A stretch of DNA of 64,000 nt from contig CBDHGE010000001.1 of assembly GCA_965262955.1 (NCBI GenBank), positions 208,046 through 272,045 of the forward strand, in the 5' to 3' direction. Source of the stretch: Candidatus Poribacteria bacterium (lineage in GTDB: Bacteria; Poribacteria; WGA-4E; WGA-3G). Of this stretch, positions 57,039 through 64,000 are shown one piece after another. The notes beneath the pieces are model-generated. The model was not told where the DNA came from, made no database searches, and saw only the letters and a list, made by a program, of their open reading frames with translations. Every line of letters starts with the position of its first letter. Within the stretch, counting starts at the first letter, position 1. The position numbers were made by a program, and so were the translations under genes.

Positions 57039-58028
57039 GTGAAAATAAGACTTGCACAATACGGTATTTCTCACGACCACGCTTCAGGGAAAGCCCGCGT
57101 GATGAAGGAAAGTGACGAAATTGAGTTCGCTGGTGTCTTTGAACCATCACCAGAAGTCCGAGAAACCCTTGGTCAAAGTTCGGTCTACGAACGCGTTCAC
57201 TGGTTTACGTCCAAAGAAGAAATACTCAATGATGAAACAATTGTTGGGGTTGCAGTACAAGGACGTGTGTCACAGAATCTCACCTTTGCACGGGAGATCC
57301 TTGAACACGGAAAGCACGTTTGGTTTGATAAACCCGCTGGCGATAACCTTGATGAATTTCGAGAGGTATTGGACATCGCACGAGACAGAAAGCTGCTCGT
57401 TCAACTCGGTTATATGTTCCGATATAATGCTGGCTTTCAGTTTATCATTGATTGGGCAAACTCTGGCAAACTCGGTGATATTTTTTCTGTTCGCGGACGT
57501 ATCTCATCAGGGCCCTCAAGCGATGCGCATTGGCAACGTTGGGATTCGCTCGGTGAACACTCAGGCGGCATCATGTTTATCCTTGCCTGTCATCTCACCG
57601 ATATTATCGTTGCCCTATTAGGACGACCGACACGGGTAACGCCATTTACGAGGCACGACGGACATGACGTGCCGTGGTATCGGAACAATACAGCGGCTGT
57701 ATTTGAATATCCGAGAGCATTGGCGATTCTTGAGTCTACGGCGTTGGAAGTCGATTCGGGAAAATCGAGGCGATTGGAAGTCTATGGGACACGCGGGAGT
57801 GCCATTCTTGAACCGCTTGAACAGCCAGAATTGCGGTTGTGTCTTGATGAAGAACGGGATGGATATGCTAAAGGTTGGCAGACAGTACCTGTGGAGCCAC
57901 GTCCGCGTTACGTCGAAAGTCTACGTGCGTTTGTCGCCGATATCCGGGGCGAGAAATCTCCTGATCGATCTCTCGACCACGAGTTTGCAGTTCAGGAAAC
58001 AGTCTTGCGGGCGGCAGGGTTGCAATAA
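57039..58028 (+). CDS. Gfo/Idh/MocA family oxidoreductase.
   Basis: It has an N-terminal Rossmann fold and the family's characteristic C-terminal domain. Confidence 0.75.
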   Translation: MKIRLAQYGISHDHASGKARVMKESDEIEFAGVFEPSPEVRETLGQSSVYERVHWFTSKEEILNDETIVGVAVQGRVSQNLTFAREILEHGKHVWFDKPAGDNLDEFREVLDIARDRKLLVQLGYMFRYNAGFQFIIDWANSGKLGDIFSVRGRISSGPSSDAHWQRWDSLGEHSGGIMFILACHLTDIIVALLGRPTRVTPFTRHDGHDVPWYRNNTAAVFEYPRALAILESTALEVDSGKSRRLEVYGTRGSAILEPLEQPELRLCLDEERDGYAKGWQTVPVEPRPRYVESLRAFVADIRGEKSPDRSLDHEFAVQETVLRAAGLQ

Positions 58029-58126
58029 TCTAAGTTGGTGTTTATTCAAGACATCCTCCTTGACGCGATCGCTTCCAAAAACTGAGGCAGTTCCGCGTCA
58101 AGGAGAGTTTCTTTCTGAAAATCTGG

Positions 58127-59158
58127 TTATGCGAATCGAACGCCTAACTTTACATTCTCACCCGGATGCGTCGCGATCTTCGGATACTCGTCCAACAAAT
58201 CGTCAAAATCGACAACGGGATGTATAACAGGTTCAGATTTTAGACTGCCATCGCAAAGCAGCCGCCAACTGATTTCAAAGAGCCTACCTTCATTCCAATT
58301 TGGATATTCGGGATTCGGTTCGCTACAGGCGCGGGAGAAGACAATGGTCGGGCGATTGAAATGTGCTTCGGCACCGAGATCCAATCCTGTTGGATAGATA
58401 CCCGGCCATGCGCCAGCGACGACTGTCCCTAAATACATCACGCCACGGATAGCGGCTTGTAGTGCAGTATGATGACCACTATATTCAATGCAAACATCCG
58501 CACCACGCTTGTTGGTAGCTTTTTTAATCTCCAACCCAGCATCCTCTGTTGTAGGGTCAATAACAATATCAGCACCACATTCGAGGGCTACATTGCGGCG
58601 TAATTCGAGCGGATCCACACCAATTACAGGGTAGGCACCCGCCAACTTAGCAAGCTGCAGTGCCATTAGCCCAATTCCACCCATTCCAAAGACTGCTACG
58701 GCATCACCAATGCGGACGTTCCCGTCTCGCACTGCCCCCAAAGCAAAATCTGTTGGATCTAAACAGACGGCTGCCTGCCAAGGCACACCATCGGGAAGTT
58801 TCCGGACACCAGCTGCATCCCAAACATTTTCCTCACGGAAGGAACTGTGCCGAAAAACTCGCTCTCCGACCTTAATATCGGTAACGTCCGCTCCAATCTC
58901 AGTTACCTCGCCAACACACATATTACCAAGTCCTGAAGGATAGCTCACCATCCCGGTGCCGTTTTCTTGAAAAATCTTATATTCCGAATCGTAGGCACCG
59001 CGTGGACCAGCATAGCCCTTATACGATGCCATCTCTGAACCGTGTTTAGCGGCACCAAACTGGCTTTTGACCCGAATTTCATTAGGTTGCAAGGGAGCAC
59101 TTTCATATTCCCGGAAAGCAACCTGTTCTTGGGCTGGCGCAATGAGTTCTCTTAGCAT
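58127..59158 (-). CDS. Medium-chain dehydrogenase/reductase (zinc-ADH superfamily).
   Basis: The MDR fold is present. The NAD-binding motif is GMGGIGLMALQLAKLAGA. Confidence 0.75.
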   Translation of the reverse strand: MLRELIAPAQEQVAFREYESAPLQPNEIRVKSQFGAAKHGSEMASYKGYAGPRGAYDSEYKIFQENGTGMVSYPSGLGNMCVGEVTEIGADVTDIKVGERVFRHSSFREENVWDAAGVRKLPDGVPWQAAVCLDPTDFALGAVRDGNVRIGDAVAVFGMGGIGLMALQLAKLAGAYPVIGVDPLELRRNVALECGADIVIDPTTEDAGLEIKKATNKRGADVCIEYSGHHTALQAAIRGVMYLGTVVAGAWPGIYPTGLDLGAEAHFNRPTIVFSRACSEPNPEYPNWNEGRLFEISWRLLCDGSLKSEPVIHPVVDFDDLLDEYPKIATHPGENVKLGVRFA

Positions 59159-59249
59159 ATTGGTTAATTTCCTTCCTGCGTTATTTGCGGTTCAACATCA
59201 CATGAACGCGCAATAGTTCTCATGTTTGTAAAAAAGATAATATTTAATT

Positions 59250-60542
59250 TCAATCGGCGATTGCTTGATAGCAGAGGATACGAATTTTCTCTCCGAGATC
59301 CAAACCACCGCTCGGATGCAATTGGCACATGAAGATACCAATCATCTGTTCTTGAGGGTCAATAAAGAAATTAGTAAAGAAGAAACCACCCCAGCCAAAC
59401 GTCCCAACAGACCCGACTTCATTAAGGTCCGATTCGTCTCGAACAACGCTAAAGCCTAAACCGAACCCGTAATCTACATCCATATCGGCGAGCTGATTCA
59501 CAGTCATCAATTCAACGGTTTTTCGGCTCAACAACCGGACCCCGTTAAATCTTCCACCGTTGAGCATCATTTGTGAAAATCGGGCGTAATCCGAAGCAGT
59601 GGATACCAATCCGCCACCACCAGCGAAATAGGTTCGCGGACCATTGTAGGGATAGTCAGTTGAATAAATCAGCGAACCTTCAACCGTCGGTTCTTGGGAT
59701 TTCCGCTTTATAGGTCCATCTTTGGTTCGCTCATACACCGTTGCGATCCGTTCGCGTTTTGCATCCGGGAGAAAAAAATGTGTGTCTTGCATACCAAGCG
59801 GTTTGAAGATACGTTCTGAGAAAAACGCATCGAGCGACATCCCAGACACAACTTCGACGAGATAACCGAGTACATCTATTGACAGCCCGTACTCATTCCC
59901 GGCACCCGGTTGATGCAACAACGGAATAGTCGCCAACACTTTCATTTTCTCAGCAAGAGTGCTCTCATCTTGTAGAAGTCCGTGGGTGATATTCGCAGCG
60001 GCGTATTGTGGACCGAGGCGTTCATTCCAGTGATAGGTTAGACCGGAAGTGTGGGTCAACAGGTTCCAAATTGTAATCTGCCGTTTTGCCGGTACAGGTT
60101 CCGTCGAATCTTCGTCAGATTCCGGTGGCAACACGTGCATCTCTTTGAAAGCTGGAATGAACTTTGAGACCGGCTCGTTTAGTCGAAAATGCCCTTCTTC
60201 ATAAAGCATCATGATAGCGACGCTCGTAATCGGTTTCGTCATTGACGCAATACGGAAAATGGTGTCAGGTGCCATCGACTTTCCTGTTTCAACATCCATC
60301 ATCCCGTATGCACCCAAATGTGCAATCTTCCCCTGCCGAGCAAGCAACACCACGCCACCAGCGATTTTCTTCTCAGCGACATGTGCTTCCATTGCTTTAT
60401 CAATTCTTGAGATCCGCTCGGTAGAAAGTCCAACCGCTTCAGGCTCTACCAAAGGGAGCGAGTGACAGAAGGCAGATACCGTCAGAACCAACAAGAACGA
60501 GATGTATACTAAAATACTGTTCGTTTTTTTCTTATAAGTCAC
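59250..60542 (-). CDS. Beta-lactamase-family serine hydrolase (class C/PBP-like), secreted.
   Basis: A signal peptide is present. The SxxK motif SMTK lies in FRIASMTKPITS. Confidence 0.8.
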   Translation of the reverse strand: MTYKKKTNSILVYISFLLVLTVSAFCHSLPLVEPEAVGLSTERISRIDKAMEAHVAEKKIAGGVVLLARQGKIAHLGAYGMMDVETGKSMAPDTIFRIASMTKPITSVAIMMLYEEGHFRLNEPVSKFIPAFKEMHVLPPESDEDSTEPVPAKRQITIWNLLTHTSGLTYHWNERLGPQYAAANITHGLLQDESTLAEKMKVLATIPLLHQPGAGNEYGLSIDVLGYLVEVVSGMSLDAFFSERIFKPLGMQDTHFFLPDAKRERIATVYERTKDGPIKRKSQEPTVEGSLIYSTDYPYNGPRTYFAGGGGLVSTASDYARFSQMMLNGGRFNGVRLLSRKTVELMTVNQLADMDVDYGFGLGFSVVRDESDLNEVGSVGTFGWGGFFFTNFFIDPQEQMIGIFMCQLHPSGGLDLGEKIRILCYQAIAD

Positions 60543-60629
60543 TTTGCTACCTCGCTACCTCTGCTTACTGAAAACCTACGGAGTGTATCTACTACTTTGC
60601 AGACGGAACACAGAGTGTGTCTACTACTT

Positions 60630-62069
60630 TTAAGATAAAATGTCGCGAACGACATGTCCGTGGACATCGGTGAGACGGAAGTCTCGCCCTTGGAAGCGGT
60701 AGACCAGTTTCTCGTGGTTAATTCCGAAGAGATGGAGCATTGTAGCGTGGAAGTCGTGGACATGCACGATATTTTCAACGGAGTTATATCCCAGCTCATC
60801 GGTGTTCCCGTAACTGATACCGCCTTTGATTCCACCGCCAGCCATCCACATCGAGAATCCTTGAATATGGTGATCGCGTCCGGTGCCTTGTGCCATCGGT
60901 GTCCGACCAAATTCACCGCCCCAAATCACCAAGGTTTCGTCTAACATGCCGCGCTGTTTCAAATCATTGACGAGTGCAGCAGTCGCCTTATCAACATAGC
61001 CAGAAGTTGTCTTGATAGCGTCCTCAATACCGCCATGATGATCCCAACCGCGATGGTAAAGTTGGATAAACCGCACCCCGCGCTCTGCTAACCGTCGTGC
61101 AAGTAGACAGTTTGAGGCATAGGATCCATCTCCCGGTTCCGCCCCGTACATATCGAGAACGTGTTGCGGTTCTTTTGAGATGTCAGTCAACTCCGGCACA
61201 CTTGTTTGCATTCTGAACGCCATTTCGTATTGGCTAATGCGCGTGGCGATTGTGGGATCGTCTACAGTCTCATCAAACATACTGTTAAGGGTTTGCACAG
61301 TATCCACAACATCCCGCTGCTGTTCAGTGCTTACGCCATCAGGGTTGTTAACGTAGTGAACGGGATCACCAGCTGAATGGAACTGGACGCCCTGAAATTG
61401 ACCTGGGAGGAATCCGCTGTGCCACTGTCGCGTTGCGATCGGCTGGTCCTGACCGCCCCCCGCAGAGGTAAGAACGACGTAACCCGGTAGGTTTTCGTTT
61501 TCACTGCCGAGTCCATAGAGCAGCCACGAACCCATGCTTGGTCTGCCAGCGATTGCGGTCCCCGTGTTCATAAAGGTATGTGCCGGATCGTGATTAATCT
61601 GCTCGGTTTTCAGGGAGCGGACGATGCAAATATCATCAGCGAGGCTTCCTATGTGTGGGAATGCTGTGCTCATCTCTTGCCCAGATTCTCCCCATTTCTT
61701 AAATTCATGTGTGGGACCGAGACATTTGAGCGAGTCTGCTTGTCCTTGAAGCTGCGCAATCGGTTGTCCTTCAGTGAAAGACTTCGGCATCGGCTGCCCG
61801 TGCAGTTCCGCAAGCTTCGGCTTGTAATCCAAAGTCTCCAGATGCGATGGACCGCCTGCCATGCAGAGATGGATAATGCACTTTGCCTTCGGTGGCACAT
61901 GCGGTGTGGTGATAATACCGGGCCACCGCTCAATTTCCGGCACTGCATTGATAATCGATGGTGTCAGCAAAGATGCGAGGGCAAGAGATCCGACACCGCG
62001 CACCGTCTTCCCCAAAAATGTCCGCCTCGTAAGACGAAGATTCGTTTCTTCATGAATATCCATAGCCAT
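60630..62069 (-). CDS. DUF1501 (sulfatase-like) protein with a Tat signal.
   Basis: The twin-arginine motif is TRRTFLGKTV. DUF1501 is collinear. The likely start is MAMDIHEE. Confidence 0.8.
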   Translation of the reverse strand: MAMDIHEETNLRLTRRTFLGKTVRGVGSLALASLLTPSIINAVPEIERWPGIITTPHVPPKAKCIIHLCMAGGPSHLETLDYKPKLAELHGQPMPKSFTEGQPIAQLQGQADSLKCLGPTHEFKKWGESGQEMSTAFPHIGSLADDICIVRSLKTEQINHDPAHTFMNTGTAIAGRPSMGSWLLYGLGSENENLPGYVVLTSAGGGQDQPIATRQWHSGFLPGQFQGVQFHSAGDPVHYVNNPDGVSTEQQRDVVDTVQTLNSMFDETVDDPTIATRISQYEMAFRMQTSVPELTDISKEPQHVLDMYGAEPGDGSYASNCLLARRLAERGVRFIQLYHRGWDHHGGIEDAIKTTSGYVDKATAALVNDLKQRGMLDETLVIWGGEFGRTPMAQGTGRDHHIQGFSMWMAGGGIKGGISYGNTDELGYNSVENIVHVHDFHATMLHLFGINHEKLVYRFQGRDFRLTDVHGHVVRDILS

Positions 62070-62158
62070 ACCTATACCTCCTGTTCGTGTTTCATAATTT
62101 TTCAACAGGTGCTCTGACAAGCGTGAACACACCAAAAGATCCCTTAATTTGATGAAAT

Positions 62159-62506
62159 TTAAGTCTTTGACTGAGCAGACGAAGCACTATTAACAGCATG
62201 CGTGAAGGTCTCTGCTGCCCATTGGTCAAGATCTTTTCCACTGGCTTCTGCAGCTTTCACAATAGCTACATGGATGTCCTGAGGAATTCGCAAACTCAAA
62301 TTTCCGGAATATGGCTTTTGCGGCGGTTTATTCAGCTTTTCACATGTTTCCAGATAATCCTCTACGGCTTCTTCAAAAGCTTCTTGAAGTTCAGGAACAG
62401 TATCGCCATGAAATCCGACGATATCAGTGATTCCTGCAATATGACCGACAAGGCACCTATCTTCTTCACTATACTCAATATGCGCACTATAACCTTTGTA
62501 CTTCAT
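62159..62506 (-). CDS. hicB: HicB-family antitoxin.
   Basis: MKYKGYSAHIEYSEEDRCLVGHIAGI...TVPELQEAFEEAVEDYLE is the typical HicB N-terminal domain. A C-terminal DNA-binding region follows. Confidence 0.75.
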   Translation of the reverse strand: MKYKGYSAHIEYSEEDRCLVGHIAGITDIVGFHGDTVPELQEAFEEAVEDYLETCEKLNKPPQKPYSGNLSLRIPQDIHVAIVKAAEASGKDLDQWAAETFTHAVNSASSAQSKT

Positions 62507-62814
62507 GGAATTATTCCTGCCTCTTCAAGAAAACGCCGAGCGTCCTTCACCTGATAGGAACGTGCTTCTTTTCGACCATGTGGACGGTGAAATGTTGCCG
62601 TAACGCCATTCAACTCAAATCTCACTCTAGACCCTCTTCCCTCAATGGACTTTGCTCCACATGCCACCAAGAGAGATTCTATCTGCCTCCATTTCAACGT
62701 TGTCGGGACTGGAGTTCTGAAAATGGCATTTAAAGTTCTTTCATGTCGTCTATTCACCTGATTTCTCAAATTTGTGTTATGGCAGCGAAGTAAACTTAAA
62801 CAGAGAGTGTTCAA
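62503..62814 (-). CDS. hicA: HicA-family toxin (YcfA-like mRNA interferase). It overlaps hicB by 4 bp. The functional start may be internal.
   Basis: The core is GSRVRFELNGVTATFHRPHGRKEARSYQVKDARRFLEEAGI. Confidence 0.65.
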   Translation of the reverse strand: MNTLCLSLLRCHNTNLRNQVNRRHERTLNAIFRTPVPTTLKWRQIESLLVACGAKSIEGRGSRVRFELNGVTATFHRPHGRKEARSYQVKDARRFLEEAGIIP

Positions 62815-62846
62815 TCTGACAAATTTCTCTCAACAGATTCTTAAAC

Positions 62847-64000
62847 TTAATATCGCGTAATCGTCTCATGCAAATTCAATATCACCCGTGCCACAGAAGT
62901 CCATGCCGCCAATTCATTAGGTTCAATACCTTCTGTCACGGGAGCTTCACCCGTTGCAACCAGCATGCCTGCAGCATCAAGGTTGGCAGTATACTCGGCT
63001 TGATGCTTCTCATAGAGATTTGTCATAATCTCCAATTCCGACGGTTGTGGCGGGCGGGAGAGCGTCCATTGGTACGCCCAGTTGATACGTTCAGCGACGG
63101 ATTCACCACCTTCTTGGATAATCCGCGATGCAAAGACACGCGCCGACTCAACATAACTCGGATCGTTAAGCAGTGTCAACGCTTGCATCGGCGTGTTAGA
63201 AGTAGCACGCTCAGCGGTACACTCCTGACGACTCGGTGCATCAAACGCCATCATACTTGGATGCAAAAAAGTGCGCTGCCAATGCGTATAGAGACCACGG
63301 CGATACTGACTCTCCCCTGTATCGTGGACGTAGACCCGTTTCGGGAAGTTCAGGTTGGAATAGTATCCGACTGGCTGGTAAGGTCTCACACTCGGCCCAC
63401 CGATTTTGGGGACAAGGAGTCCACTCAAAAGTAAGGCATTATCGCGGACTGTCTCTGCATCAAGTCTCCAGCGTGATTGGCGTGCCATTAATCGGTTATA
63501 AGCATCCTTTTCGTCCAATATCTCGTTCGGTTTCGAAGATTGACGATAGGTGCTTGAGGTAACCATAAGCTTCACGATATGTTTGACGTTCCATCCACTC
63601 TCCATAAACTCCACAGCGAGCCAATCAAGGAGTTCAGGATGTACCGGCGGCTCTCCTTGTGCCCCGAGATCGTCCAAGACACGAGATAATCCTGTACCAA
63701 AATAGAGTGCCCAGACACGATTTACAAATGCCCGTGCAGTTAACGGATTTTCCTTCGACACTACCCATCGTGCAAGTTCTAATCGGGTCGGACGGCGGTT
63801 CTTAATATCCAAATCACCAAGGAAAGTCGGTATCATCGGTTCGACAATCTCACCGGAATCGTCCATCCAGTTGCCCCGCGGCAACACACGCGTCGTCCGA
63901 GGTAGCGTGGATACGGTTGTTAGCGAGTAAAGAATCTCCGCTTCCAGCTCAGTTTTCTGTTTCTGTAGATTTGCAATCTGGTTTCGGATGCCGTCAAGGG
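62847..64000 (-). CDS. DUF1549/DUF1553 (PSD1-like) protein, 5'-truncated by the window end.
   Basis: The DUF1553 region is collinear with 19824..21476. The frame stays open upstream of the track's GTG at 63887 to the window edge. Confidence 0.75.
   Translation of the reverse strand, partial: LDGIRNQIANLQKQKTELEAEILYSLTTVSTLPRTTRVLPRGNWMDDSGEIVEPMIPTFLGDLDIKNRRPTRLELARWVVSKENPLTARAFVNRVWALYFGTGLSRVLDDLGAQGEPPVHPELLDWLAVEFMESGWNVKHIVKLMVTSSTYRQSSKPNEILDEKDAYNRLMARQSRWRLDAETVRDNALLLSGLLVPKIGGPSVRPYQPVGYYSNLNFPKRVYVHDTGESQYRRGLYTHWQRTFLHPSMMAFDAPSRQECTAERATSNTPMQALTLLNDPSYVESARVFASRIIQEGGESVAERINWAYQWTLSRPPQPSELEIMTNLYEKHQAEYTANLDAAGMLVATGEAPVTEGIEPNELAAWTSVARVILNLHETITRY

Noticed and set aside
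60539-60916. 125-aa minus-strand ORF
   Set aside because: It overlaps the 3' end of the DUF1501 gene in another frame. It has no homology and is probably spurious.

Overview
This is a gene-dense bacterial chromosomal window of about 64 kb, with GC content roughly 50%. Nearly all genes lie on the minus strand. No rRNA, tRNA, CRISPR array or transposase was recognised.

Gene content suggests a PVC-like, Poribacteria-like or other candidate-phylum organism. This is inferred from the DUF1501 and DUF1549/DUF1553 pairs, sulfatase, PmoA-like/DUF6807 with Gfo/Idh/MocA oxidoreductases, a DUF1080 protein, and many eukaryote-like WD40, TPR and ankyrin repeat proteins.

The first 12.4 kb hold a tandemly duplicated cassette. 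Each copy has an upstream ATCCTG-type direct-repeat motif, a thioredoxin-domain lipoprotein, a giant signal-peptide WD40 beta-propeller protein ending in a T9SS type-A C-terminal sorting domain, and a conserved hairpin. One giant protein carries a matrixin-like HExxHxxGxxH protease with cadherin-like and LamG modules. The other carries a dockerin. A matrixin-TPR protein follows the cassette.

Next comes a PspF-like regulatory module. A sigma-54 enhancer-binding protein lacks any N-terminal sensor domain. Two paralogous genes for small acidic, probably helical proteins flank it. One sits divergent from the activator behind a near-consensus sigma-54 promoter that overlaps a perfect palindrome. 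The other is driven by a perfect consensus sigma-70 promoter.

Adjacent to this is a TGT-superfamily transglycosylase (DpdA/ArcS-like) with a ~230-aa C-terminal extension, overlapping an Fe-ADH gene.

The remainder encodes:
- secreted or periplasmic enzymes: two GGTs, a sulfatase, a DUF1080 protein, an S1/P1-like nuclease and a beta-lactamase-family hydrolase;
- sugar and cell-wall recycling genes (MurQ with a BadF-type kinase) and AccA;
- a BCCT transporter with an outer-membrane beta-barrel;
- an SBP56 selenium-binding protein next to a His-rich membrane protein;
- a STAS protein next to an AlbA_2/HATPase_c_4 protein;
- an HD, nucleotidyltransferase and tautomerase mini-operon;
- a HicAB toxin-antitoxin pair inserted between DUF1549/DUF1553 and DUF1501 genes;
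- an apparently frameshifted ankyrin gene;
- a ~90-bp hairpin-forming intergenic element present in two copies.
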